DNA of 64,000 nt from a virus (taxonomy: Duplodnaviria; Caudoviricetes). Each line of letters begins with the position of its first letter. Position 1 is the first letter of the stretch. The notes beneath the pieces were generated by a model. That model did no database searches. It had not been told where the DNA came from and worked only from the letters and a program-made list of their open reading frames with translations. Location of the stretch: the IMG/VR virus record IMGVR_UViG_2775506835_000006, positions 1 to 64,000 of that record. One strand, 5' to 3'. This document shows positions 1 through 8,713 of the stretch, piece after piece. A program made the position numbers and the translations under genes.

Positions 1-1101
1 TCATATTTTATTGACTGCTTCGACCTTATCTTTGACAGAAATCCGTACATAGTTTTTTAGTGTGGTATCGTAATCAGAATGGCCACCGGCTTCGGTAATA
101 ATACCGGGTTGTACGCCTGCTGCTGTGAGACGGGTGAAATAGGTATGTCGGCAAATCTGAGGGGGAAGATGCCGCACACCGAGTCTATTAAGCGTATCCC
201 AATAGGTAGTGTAGAAATTGTCTTCATTCATTTCTAGCAGCTTTTTCTTCCCGTGGTCATAGAAGTATTGAACGATAGGGAGAATTCGGTCTGCAATGGC
301 TATTTCCCGGTCGATTCCGGCATCTGTTTTTATACCGCCGATCATATACTGCTCGTCCAAATAAATGTTTTTCTTTAAGATTGTGGCCAATTCGCCATAT
401 CTCAAACCGGCATATATCATCAAAAGAATATAGCCGGTAAAAATATTGTGCTGATTTTCGTAATCATTCCAAAAAGTATGAATCTCGTCTTCTGTAAATG
501 CTTCCTTTTTAACCTTTTTTAGTTCAGGTAATTCCAGGTACTCAGTCTTATTGTAAGAAACTTTTTCTCTCTGGATCGCCAGTGTATACAAGTGGCTCAG
601 AAGAACCTTCATATCGCGAGCCGGATAATAGGTATTTACCTTTGAATCAATGGATTGCTGTAGCTCATCAACCGTGAGAGATGCAATTCCTCGGTGATGA
701 ATCGGTTTAAGCCGTTCCCAGGCATATTTGAGCTTGTCTTGCTGAGATTTGCTCAGCTTATCGTATTTTTTCGAAGATGTGAAAATCTCATGCAGTTCAT
801 ATAACGATGGATCCTTTTCTGGCTTTCCAGCGGATCGTAACTGTGGAAGTGCCTCCACCGCATCCTTTTTTCTGGTAAATGTTTTTGTTCTGCGCACTTT
901 TTTGAGTTTTCCGTCTTTTAAAAAATAACCTATGACGACTTCCGCCTTATACTTACCGTTTGGGAGTTGATACACAGTTCCAGTACCGTTTCCCCTGGAT
1001 TTAGGTTTGTGCGCTTTATCAGCCTGTGAAGCCCCGCAATAGAGGCAAAATAAAGCGTCGTTTGGGATTTCCTGTTTACATTTCTTGTTTTTACAAATCA
1101 T
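1..1101 (-). CDS. int: Tyrosine integrase with N-terminal zinc ribbon
   Basis: AGLRYGE, KT, CRHT, GGH..Y catalytic motifs; CKNKKC..CLYC N-terminus; RBS GAGG before ATG at 1101. Confidence 0.95.
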   Translation of the reverse strand: MICKNKKCKQEIPNDALFCLYCGASQADKAHKPKSRGNGTGTVYQLPNGKYKAEVVIGYFLKDGKLKKVRRTKTFTRKKDAVEALPQLRSAGKPEKDPSLYELHEIFTSSKKYDKLSKSQQDKLKYAWERLKPIHHRGIASLTVDELQQSIDSKVNTYYPARDMKVLLSHLYTLAIQREKVSYNKTEYLELPELKKVKKEAFTEDEIHTFWNDYENQHNIFTGYILLMIYAGLRYGELATILKKNIYLDEQYMIGGIKTDAGIDREIAIADRILPIVQYFYDHGKKKLLEMNEDNFYTTYWDTLNRLGVRHLPPQICRHTYFTRLTAAGVQPGIITEAGGHSDYDTTLKNYVRISVKDKVEAVNKI

Positions 1102-1145
1102 GTTATCCGCACCTCTTGAAAAAAGGGCATAAAAATGCCCGGGAC

Positions 1146-1174
1146 TTGATTTCCCGGGCAAAAACAGGTACAAT
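1146..1174 (+). promoter_or_regulatory. sigmaA-type promoter divergent from int, antisense to the immunity-int readthrough transcript
   Basis: TTGATT(1146-1151)-N17-TACAAT(1169-1174); identical hexamers and spacing at 51507-51535. Confidence 0.7.
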
Positions 1175-1180
1175 ATTAAT

Positions 1181-1265
1181 GCGAAATTAATCGTACTGTC
1201 GGCCCGGTGCCGATGGTGAACCGTCCTCCGGTGCTGGTAACGCCGAGGGGCGGTTTTTATTTTTA
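1181..1265 (+). ncRNA. Putative ~85-nt antisense sRNA upstream of int
   Basis: Promoter, GCGAAAT..ATCGTAC, hairpin, terminator hairpin and T-run; same architecture in prophage 2. Confidence 0.55.
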
Positions 1266-1266
1266 G

Positions 1267-1542
1267 TTAGAACCAAGCGTTCCAAAAGGCACGTTCAGCT
1301 TCGGATTCTGGATCACTGCGATCAATACCAGACGAACCTTGTGGAAATAGAGATGTTACACCCGGAACTGCAGGAAGGCTGGGTTCGTCAACGGTGATTG
1401 CGCAATGCCTTACAGGTTCTTGGCCAGGGAGAGTGGTATAAATTGCTGATGCGTCGCCAGGTCTTCCAATTGCCCAAACTTGAAAAAGATAAACATCTTC
1501 ACCTGATTCATTCTTTTCTTTGCGGCAATTTCCAGTTTGCAA
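1267..1542 (-). CDS. Hypothetical protein (possibly a remnant)
   Basis: ORF between immA and int, no clear RBS or motif. Confidence 0.3.
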   Translation of the reverse strand: MQTGNCRKEKNESGEDVYLFQVWAIGRPGDASAIYTTLPGQEPVRHCAITVDEPSLPAVPGVTSLFPQGSSGIDRSDPESEAERAFWNAWF

Positions 1543-1557
1543 TTTCTAATATAGATT

Positions 1558-2142
1558 TCAAAATAAATTAAAAGACGATATGTAATTACCAAACTGTTTG
1601 ATAACTTGAATTTCTAGTGGACTCTTATACCAAGCGTTGCGTTGTTCAAGTGTGGCCATACGCTGTGCTCGGATTTTCGCTGCCTGGTAAGATATGTCGC
1701 AAACACAGGCAATTGTTTCAGCATCCAGTGCATGAATTTCATGAAGTATGCAAGCCGGTGCCAGAAGACGAGAAGCGAAAATATCTGCTTCCCATTCTGA
1801 GTTTACATTAAATGTCCTGATGTTATTCCTTGTTAGAGGATGGCCCATAAGGATATGCCCCAATTCGTGAGCAATCGTAAATCGAAGCCTTGGTCGATAA
1901 GCGGTTTCGTTGTAATAAATAGTAAAATATCCGCGATCGCAAACACAAAATCCATCAGGGCTTAATTGTTGAGCTGCCTGCATTCTCTGAACTAAAAAAT
2001 GCGCGTCTTTATAGGCTATAATCTTAACTCTGTAGTTATTGGCTAATGTGGATGTTTTTACCGGTAGCTCCTGGATATGATTATCAATTAAACACTTCCA
2101 GACTGTGTTTCTTACTGCTTTATAATTTTTATATTCATTCAT
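1558..2142 (-). CDS. ImmA/IrrE-family metallopeptidase (anti-repressor)
   Basis: RFTIAHELGH (HExxH) and EWEADIFASRLLAP; adjacent to repressor. Confidence 0.92.
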   Translation of the reverse strand: MNEYKNYKAVRNTVWKCLIDNHIQELPVKTSTLANNYRVKIIAYKDAHFLVQRMQAAQQLSPDGFCVCDRGYFTIYYNETAYRPRLRFTIAHELGHILMGHPLTRNNIRTFNVNSEWEADIFASRLLAPACILHEIHALDAETIACVCDISYQAAKIRAQRMATLEQRNAWYKSPLEIQVIKQFGNYISSFNLF

Positions 2143-2211
2143 AAAACTCACCTCTGCTCTATATAGTAGAGGATTTATAATTTAAAATTCACTGGTAATA
2201 CATGGAAGCAA

Positions 2212-2673
2212 TTAAAAATCTAAATCTTGTTCTGGGGCTTCGTTACGCTCTTTTTGTTCCTCGTCAGTTAATTCAATGACGTGCACTCCGTTCCTTCCTC
2301 TAGCAGCTAAGAAAGCAGTACGTTTTTGATATTTTGAAATCTCTGTGAGTTCTTCCACTCTTTTTGCTGCTTCGGTCTGACCGAGATTATTTAGTTCATT
2401 ATAAGATTCTAAAATATGCTTTTTATTTAAGTCCTCCGCTTCCGATTCATTCGGAGTGGAGGATTTTTTTTGTTTTTCACTGAGGCCTAAAAGATAATCG
2501 GTTGTAACATTGAATTCTCTTGCCATTTGAATAATAAAAGAATGTCCTGGTTCTCTTGTGTTTGTTTCATAATTTCTAAGAGTAGTTTGTGGCATACCAA
2601 TTTTTTCAGCAAACTGTAACCTAGTGTACCCATGCTCTTTTCTAAGTTGGATAATTCGTTCTCCAAAAGTCAA
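2212..2673 (-). CDS. XRE-family HTH phage repressor (CI/ImmR-like)
   Basis: FGERIIQLRK..TLRNYETNTREP..TTDYLLG; TTG start with GAGG RBS. Confidence 0.9.
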   Translation of the reverse strand: MTFGERIIQLRKEHGYTRLQFAEKIGMPQTTLRNYETNTREPGHSFIIQMAREFNVTTDYLLGLSEKQKKSSTPNESEAEDLNKKHILESYNELNNLGQTEAAKRVEELTEISKYQKRTAFLAARGRNGVHVIELTDEEQKERNEAPEQDLDF

Positions 2674-2697
2674 ACTGCTCACCTCTTTACAAGATAC

Positions 2698-2821
2698 ATT
2701 ATAAAGTTTACAACTATGGAAGTCAACAAAAAATTGCTCGAAATGGATATATTGTTTCATCTTGAGTATTGACATTTGCTCAAAACGAGCTTATTATAAT
2801 AAAAAGAAATCCAAAATGAGC
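2698..2821. promoter_or_regulatory. Divergent lysogeny/lysis promoters with four 13-bp operators
   Basis: Leftward TTGACT-N17-TATAAT (2726-2698); rightward TTGACA-N17-TATTAT (2769-2797); operators GCTCGAAATGGAT 2736, TTTCATCTTGAGT 2755, GCTCAAAACGAGC 2778, ATCCAAAATGAGC 2809. Confidence 0.75.
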
Positions 2822-2838
2822 AAAAGGTGGTGAGGATA

Positions 2839-3045
2839 ATGTTTCCGAACATTGAAGCAGAGAGAGTTAGAAGAAAAATGTCACGGCAATATCTTTCAGA
2901 GGTATTAGGAGTGTCACTAAGAACACTATCAAATTGGGTAAACGGAAAGACTGAAATTCCAGCTGCTGCGATTATTACAATGGCAAAACTGTTTAAGTGC
3001 TCCACAGATTATCTCTTAGGCTTGGATGAGCAAAAACCCGCATGA
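2839..3045 (+). CDS. Cro-like HTH regulator
   Basis: HTH_3 pattern, divergent from repressor. Confidence 0.88.
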   Translation: MFPNIEAERVRRKMSRQYLSEVLGVSLRTLSNWVNGKTEIPAAAIITMAKLFKCSTDYLLGLDEQKPA

Positions 3046-3079
3046 GAAAAGCCGCCCCAACATGGGACGGCTTGTAGAG

Positions 3080-3652
3080 TCAATAGCATTTAGAGCACGG
3101 GGTGCGTCCGGAGGCTTCGGCCTCACTAACGCTGACTTCACGAGGATTTTTCATGTTACTACAGGATGGGCTGCTGTGGTATTTCTTTCCCTTTGCGGTT
3201 ATCCAGACCATCGCTCCATTCTTTTCTGGCGCAACTGGCTCTTCTTGTTTGGCCGGTTCAACGGGTTTAGAACTTTCTGCTTGAGGGCTGACAGCTTTTG
3301 TTGCCGGTACATCGGCCGCCTTCGATTCTGCGGCCTTTGAACTGGAAGAAGCAATCGGTTCTTTAGAAGAGCTGCTAGGTGCGGCAGAAGAACTGGATTC
3401 CCTGGAAGAGTCTGGTTCGCTTGCCTTTGACGTCGATGTATCTTCTGACCACAGGGAGTCCTGTAAATCCCTGACGCTGGAAGGTTCAGAAGACACTTTA
3501 CTGGATTTGCTTGAAGATGGTGTTGAGCTGGGTGAAACCATACTGGAAATAGCCGATGATGGTTCATGCTGCGATGCAGACGAATCATTACCACAGGCTG
3601 GCAGGGAAAAGAGAATAAGGGCTGTTAGCAAAAAACAACAAATCTTTTTCAT
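3080..3652 (-). CDS. Lipoprotein with Ser-rich linker and C-terminal Ada-like Zn-binding domain
   Basis: Lipobox LPAC; GKKYH..C..PCSKC C-terminus. Confidence 0.8.
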   Translation of the reverse strand: MKKICCFLLTALILFSLPACGNDSSASQHEPSSAISSMVSPSSTPSSSKSSKVSSEPSSVRDLQDSLWSEDTSTSKASEPDSSRESSSSAAPSSSSKEPIASSSSKAAESKAADVPATKAVSPQAESSKPVEPAKQEEPVAPEKNGAMVWITAKGKKYHSSPSCSNMKNPREVSVSEAEASGRTPCSKCY

Positions 3653-4080
3653 AAGCTTTCCTCCAACGAATCAATTATAGCACTTAAAGCACCTAATTGC
3701 AAAATTTATGTCAATAAAAGGAATAAAATTATCTGCTTTGGAAGATGGACAATCAAAACATATATTTCATAAAAGGATGTTGACAAACAATTACAGATAT
3801 TACTTTATCTCTGATAAAGCAATATCCAACAGATATGATAAAGTTTAGTTTAGAACGAAAATGGCAGAAAGGAGATGTGTGATGTAAAAAGTTGGATTTA
3901 GAGGAATAGTTTTCGGTTACATAGAAAATGCCCCTCTTCCGAGGGGCGGGCATAAATAGATTTTGACTAACCCATGCAGTTATGAATTTCAACCCAACGT
4001 CCTTATTCGGGAACGACATTAAAAGAATATCACGAGCAAGGAAAAAATACAATAATAAGCCAACCGAAGGTGGTAGGGAG

Positions 4081-4245
4081 GTGAAAAAAGTGGACAACTA
4101 TGTAGATCTGCTCTGTGAGGAACTTATGGATGCTTATAAACGTTATGCCTCTGCTGATGATATTAGCTGCGGAGAGGTAGTGTATCAGGATCGGCAGATG
4201 AAACGGGACAACCGGCAAAGTTCCATGGAACTTTTGATAGTTTGA
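4081..4245 (+). CDS. Small conserved hypothetical protein
   Basis: GGGAG RBS; homologous to 53554-53712 (EL.DAYKRY..GEV..Q.RQ.KRD.R). Confidence 0.65.
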   Translation: MKKVDNYVDLLCEELMDAYKRYASADDISCGEVVYQDRQMKRDNRQSSMELLIV

Positions 4246-4270
4246 TTTTTTTTGGAAAGGAGTGCAACAA

Positions 4271-4477
4271 GTGACAAAAGAAGAAATTATAAATTATCCA
4301 AAAGAGTATCTGACTCCCGCACAGGTTGCACCAGTGTTGGGACAGGATCCGCAATACATACGCACAGCGGCAAAGGTTGGTCCGGATAGTCTTCCGTATC
4401 CGTATTTTCGTTCTGGTAACCGGATCAAAATCCTTAAAGAAGGATTTATAAAATTTATGGGGTGGGATAACCATTGA
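4271..4477 (+). CDS. Excisionase-like DNA-binding protein
   Basis: LTPAQVAPVLG.DPQ.IR..GNRIKI; homolog at 53861. Confidence 0.7.
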   Translation: MTKEEIINYPKEYLTPAQVAPVLGQDPQYIRTAAKVGPDSLPYPYFRSGNRIKILKEGFIKFMGWDNH

Positions 4478-4695
4478 ACAAAGACAACCCATACATAAAG
4501 CACAGCCGGCTGGGCGTGATCCTGTTTGTTGCCGGTTTGACCGGGGCCATAATGACAGCGATGGCGTCAGACAGCGGTATGTTGACCATCTGGCAAGTGC
4601 TGATCCTAGCGACGGCAGAGAGTCTGGCCATGGGGATTGGCGGGTTGCTGCGTGATAAAGATTCACAGAATGGAGGTCGAGAAAAACAAAAATGA
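4474..4695 (+). CDS. Small two-TM membrane protein
   Basis: Two hydrophobic stretches; homolog at 54165. Confidence 0.7.
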   Translation: MNKDNPYIKHSRLGVILFVAGLTGAIMTAMASDSGMLTIWQVLILATAESLAMGIGGLLRDKDSQNGGREKQK

Positions 4696-5807
4696 AAAGT
4701 TGTATGGAGAGAATGAAGGAGAATCACACAGACGAGAAAATCGCTTCGTTTCGGGTAAAACAGAAACTACCGTATGAAGCAAAAATAAACTATGCATACA
4801 CACGCGCATGGGAGTTCTACAACGAGTGTGGCAAGCGAGGACTGAACTGTCATGTATCCGTAGGTGGTCTGGACAGCATTACTTTGCTGTTGTTTTTGCG
4901 GTCCATTGGGATAGATGTTCCAGCGGTTTCGGTATCGACCCTGGAGGACAAGAGCATTCAGGCCATACATAAAACATTGGGAATCATCTCGCTGAAACCT
5001 TTAAAGAGCAAAACACAAGTTCTGCAGGAATGCGGGTTCCCGGTACTGTCTAAAGAAACGGCGTCGAAGATCGAGCTGCTACAAAATCCATCTCCAAAGA
5101 ATGCCACAGTCCGGCATGCAATCATCACAGGAGAAACCGGAGCATACGGAGGAAACCGGACAGGCACCCGGATGAAGATGGCTCAGAAATGGCTGGAACT
5201 GTTTGCAGGAGGTGAAAATGAACGGGAGGATGTGCAATATCAATGTGCGCCGTTTAAAGTATCCGCCAAGTGTTGCTATTACCTCAAAGAGAAGCCATGT
5301 GATGACTGGGCGAAAGAACACAACAGTGTACCGTATCTGGGTCTCATGGCGTCCGAAGGAGGTCGCCGCCAAAAGTCGCTCATGATGAATGGATGCAACT
5401 ACTTTGGAAAGACAGCGATACGGTCAGCGCCATTTGCGATATTTGACCGCCAAGATCTGTTGCAGCTTGCCCTTGACCTGGATGTACCTGTTCCAGAGGT
5501 ATACGGCACCATAGAATGCCAAGCAGATGGCACGCTTTACACAACAAGAGCACAGAGGACAGGCTGCTCCATGTGCGGGTTTGGAATCCAGCTCGAAAAG
5601 AGACCGCATCGATTTGACCGGCTCTACGAAGACAACCCGAAAGAATGGAATTTTTGGATGCACCGATGTGTGAAAGATCCAGTTACAAATGAAGTATATG
5701 GGTGGGGTAGGGTGCTGGACTACATAGGGGTACATTGGACACAGGGATCATTACAAACAGATCTGGACTTGCAAGCAGGGAAAACTGCCAGCAGAAAGAA
5801 AGGATGA
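4692..5807 (+). CDS. PAPS-reductase-family (PP-loop) phage protein
   Basis: VSVGGLDS, CCYYLKEKP, RTGCSMCGFG motifs. Confidence 0.8.
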   Translation: MKSCMERMKENHTDEKIASFRVKQKLPYEAKINYAYTRAWEFYNECGKRGLNCHVSVGGLDSITLLLFLRSIGIDVPAVSVSTLEDKSIQAIHKTLGIISLKPLKSKTQVLQECGFPVLSKETASKIELLQNPSPKNATVRHAIITGETGAYGGNRTGTRMKMAQKWLELFAGGENEREDVQYQCAPFKVSAKCCYYLKEKPCDDWAKEHNSVPYLGLMASEGGRRQKSLMMNGCNYFGKTAIRSAPFAIFDRQDLLQLALDLDVPVPEVYGTIECQADGTLYTTRAQRTGCSMCGFGIQLEKRPHRFDRLYEDNPKEWNFWMHRCVKDPVTNEVYGWGRVLDYIGVHWTQGSLQTDLDLQAGKTASRKKG

Positions 5808-5814
5808 CGAAGAC

Positions 5815-6078
5815 TTGAGATTGCGAGAATATCCATTGGGGAACCGCAATATTGTAGGTGCCCGTGTTACGGAAGCACGCCGCCGTGTGAACATGCCTCA
5901 AAGAGTCTTACTTGCAAAAATGCAGGTCAAAGGCATAGAACTGAGCACGTCCGGTTTGTCCAAATTGGAAGGGCAGCACCGGTATGTTATGGATTTTGAA
6001 CTTGCGGCGCTGGCTGATATTTTGGATGTAAAAGTGGATTGGCTCCTTGGAAGAGACGACTACATAAAGGGGAAGTAG
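5815..6078 (+). CDS. XRE-family HTH protein
   Basis: NIVGARV..R..LSKLEGQHR..VDWLLG. Confidence 0.85.
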   Translation: MRLREYPLGNRNIVGARVTEARRRVNMPQRVLLAKMQVKGIELSTSGLSKLEGQHRYVMDFELAALADILDVKVDWLLGRDDYIKGK

Positions 6079-6080
6079 AA

Positions 6081-6374
6081 ATGCAGAAGGACAAAAAAGA
6101 AGCCGCCCTGGGCGTTACGAGCACCCAAAGCGGCAATGCGAAATGCGACAACATTTCTAATCAAAGTGTAGAGCAGAACAGCGTGGATGTCAAGACGCTG
6201 GAAATGGTAAAGGAGTTGGTTTGGTTAAAAGAAAGCGTGGAAAAGCGGTATACCGCCGGCAAGGTGGATTCCTGCTATGCGTACACCCATGACGATGATA
6301 ACGGCGCACAGGCCAGTGTTTCCTTTACATGTGCGGGAGAACTATACACCCTGACTTTGCGTCATGAGGTTTAA
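6081..6374 (+). CDS. Hypothetical protein
   Basis: RBS AAGGGGA; conserved at 55772. Confidence 0.7.
   Translation: MQKDKKEAALGVTSTQSGNAKCDNISNQSVEQNSVDVKTLEMVKELVWLKESVEKRYTAGKVDSCYAYTHDDDNGAQASVSFTCAGELYTLTLRHEV
6092..6193 (-). ncRNA. Putative antisense sRNA cassette embedded in the early operon
   Basis: Minus strand TTGACA(6193-6188)-N17-TACACT(6170-6165), then ~65 nt ending in a GC hairpin and T6; conserved at 55783-55884. Confidence 0.6.
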
Positions 6375-6385
6375 ATGAAAGAGAT

Positions 6386-6871
6386 ATGACACGTGCAGAG
6401 TTAATATCCATCTTGAACACGACACTGGATGATACCTTGAGAGACTGTAAAGAGGACAACCCCATTGTATTCTGGACGTTCTTCATGAATCACTTTGACG
6501 GAACAGTTCGCCGCAAAATCGGTGATGATCTGGAACGCAAGGGAAAGAACCGATACACGGGAGAACCAGCAAAAGCCAAACAGACAGAATCTGCGGTAAT
6601 AAGCAAATGTGACCAGTGCTGGTGTGACACATGCAAAAACTTTGATGACTGTGTGATTGATATGGAGGACTGTGATGCAGAGGTGGAACCATGTCCCTGT
6701 GATGCATGTGTAGACAGAGACTGCCCACCTTATGCACCCATTACAGCGGAACCGCCATGCGGCAAATACCGCGCACACGAAGCAGGAAGGATGGAACATG
6801 CCCAGGAAAGAGAACAGAGACAGGATATATACCAGCCAGAAAGAGGCGTGCGAGAACTGTCAATGCCATAG
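6386..6871 (+). CDS. Hypothetical protein with Cys-rich C-terminus
   Basis: CDQCWCDTC..CPCDAC; conserved in prophage 2. Confidence 0.75.
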   Translation: MTRAELISILNTTLDDTLRDCKEDNPIVFWTFFMNHFDGTVRRKIGDDLERKGKNRYTGEPAKAKQTESAVISKCDQCWCDTCKNFDDCVIDMEDCDAEVEPCPCDACVDRDCPPYAPITAEPPCGKYRAHEAGRMEHAQEREQRQDIYQPERGVRELSMP

Positions 6872-7034
6872 TTGCATGAAACGGGAAACCTGCAGGCTGC
6901 GCCGTCCACCGCCTCCGCCACCAGAACGGGAAATGCTGCCATATCCCTGTCAGGGCTGCGGGAAGGATGGGGTTTACCAGCCCTTTGTCCCGAGGACTAC
7001 GGCGGCGATCTGCCAGATGTGCATAATGTCGTAG
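6798..7034 (+). CDS. Small Cys-rich (putative Zn-binding) protein
   Basis: CENCQC..C, CQGC, CQMC; synonymous changes versus 56489-56725 fall in this frame. Confidence 0.7.
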   Translation: MPRKENRDRIYTSQKEACENCQCHSCMKRETCRLRRPPPPPPEREMLPYPCQGCGKDGVYQPFVPRTTAAICQMCIMS

Positions 7035-7049
7035 AGGGGGACCGGTGAA

Positions 7050-7244
7050 ATGAAACCGCCCTATGATAATACAATCTGCCCAGTCTGCGGGAAGGATGTA
7101 AAGCAAACACATATCTGGACGCATTGTCCATTGCATGAAGCTATGATTTGTCAGAATCACTGCTATGCCGGCTGTTCTTCCAGAAATGAATGGCCCCCGC
7201 ACTGCAGGTATGATGCTGCATTGGGGCGGGTAAACGGCAATTGA
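7050..7244 (+). CDS. Small Zn-finger-like protein
   Basis: CPVC..HCP..CQNHC..C. Confidence 0.7.
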   Translation: MKPPYDNTICPVCGKDVKQTHIWTHCPLHEAMICQNHCYAGCSSRNEWPPHCRYDAALGRVNGN

Positions 7245-7442
7245 ATAAGAATAAAAATCACCCATCGACATGAGGCCCGGCAGCCGTCGATGGGTGAAGC
7301 ATTACCCGGATAGTATCCGGAGCAAATATATTGTACACCATTTGTTCCCTGGGTATTATTCCAGCAGGCAAAAGTCCGGGCCTTTTCTACCTTGGTTGAG
7401 GTATTAACATTACGGGCATGGCCGGAAGAGGGAGGAAGATCG

Positions 7443-8228
7443 GTGTACCTGAAGAAGACTTGCAAAGCTGGAATCACCATAGAAGTACACAAGAGCTATT
7501 CCGCCCGGTACGGCCGAAACATCCCACGGGGAAACCGGGAAAGCCGCACACCGGAGGCGATGAAGAAATACAACGAGAAGATGGCGTGGAGAAAGCTCAC
7601 CCGGCAGATCAACGCGAATTTTGTCCCCGGGGATCTCTTTCTGACCTGCACCTATCGGAAGGAAGAGCGCCCGGATCCACAGCGGGCGAAGCAGAACATG
7701 GAGAATTTCCTGGACCGTGTACGCAGGCGCTTCAAAAGGGTAGGGGTAGAGTTTAAATACATTCTGGTGACGGCCTATGGAGAACAAGGCGCGCCCCATC
7801 ATCATGTGATTATCCCTGCATTTGATTACCGGATCGTTGCAGCATGTTGGCCGCACGGAGCCATGCGGTTTACAGGCTTGTATCCGAATGGAGAATACTC
7901 CGCCCTTGCCTGGTATCTCATGGGACAGTCTCACCTGTCGCCAAACGGAGAAGAGAGCATCCCAGGGAACCGGTGGTCGGGAAGCAGGAATCTCATTAAG
8001 CCGGTAGAGAAGATACAGGAAGTGGACGCCCGGGAATGGCGTGAGGAACCTAAGCCCATAAAGGGCTATTACATAGATCCGAATTCTGTAGAGAATGGGA
8101 TTTCGCCGGTCACGGGGATTCCATATCAGTTCTACAGGATGATTCAACTGCGCCCATTTGAGAAAGGAAGGTCAAAGAATGCAAAACGATCCGCGAAAGA
8201 TGCAACGGCAATGGCAAGGTATGGTTAA
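7443..8228 (+). CDS. HUH-family rolling-circle replication initiator-like protein
   Basis: FLTCTY (motif I), PHHHVII (HUH), LAWYL (catalytic Tyr), RWSGSRNL. Confidence 0.8.
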   Translation: MYLKKTCKAGITIEVHKSYSARYGRNIPRGNRESRTPEAMKKYNEKMAWRKLTRQINANFVPGDLFLTCTYRKEERPDPQRAKQNMENFLDRVRRRFKRVGVEFKYILVTAYGEQGAPHHHVIIPAFDYRIVAACWPHGAMRFTGLYPNGEYSALAWYLMGQSHLSPNGEESIPGNRWSGSRNLIKPVEKIQEVDAREWREEPKPIKGYYIDPNSVENGISPVTGIPYQFYRMIQLRPFEKGRSKNAKRSAKDATAMARYG

Positions 8229-8694
8229 CAATGCGCAAGGGCATCTCTTTGAAGACGAGATCAAAACGGCCTGTAAGCAATACAAAGCACAACGGCGCGC
8301 AAAGATCGACAAGATACCGGAGCCGTTCCGAGTGACGAAGAAGCATGGAAGCGGAATCTTCACCGGTCGGTTTACAGCGGCGGCAGAACCGGACTACCAG
8401 GGAACGCTGGCGGGTGGCCGATCCATTGTGTTTGAAGCCAAGTACACAACCACAGAGCGCATGCATCGGAACGTTCTGACGCAGGAGCAGCTGAACGCGC
8501 TGGAAGACCATGCGGGAATGGGCGCAATCGCAGCGGTATGCGTTGGAATCCGTGACCGCTTCTTTTTCGTGCCGTGGGTGGTGTGGCGCGATATGAAGGA
8601 GTTTTTTGGGAGAAAGTACGTTACAGCGGAAGACCTACAGCATTATCGCGTCAAGTTTAACGGTGCTGTGCTCTTTCTGGATTACTTACGATAA
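8179..8694 (+). CDS. RecU-like Holliday junction resolvase
   Basis: G.LFE, PDYQG, FEAK motifs. Confidence 0.85.
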   Translation: MQNDPRKMQRQWQGMVNNAQGHLFEDEIKTACKQYKAQRRAKIDKIPEPFRVTKKHGSGIFTGRFTAAAEPDYQGTLAGGRSIVFEAKYTTTERMHRNVLTQEQLNALEDHAGMGAIAAVCVGIRDRFFFVPWVVWRDMKEFFGRKYVTAEDLQHYRVKFNGAVLFLDYLR

Positions 8695-8713
8695 AGGAAT
8701 GGGAGGTGGTTGA

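Larger units (their letters stand above)
4474..8147 (+). repeat. Copy 1 of ~3.7-kb shared early/replication module
   Basis: Colinear with 54165-57837 (offset ~49,690); 371-aa protein identical. Confidence 0.95.
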
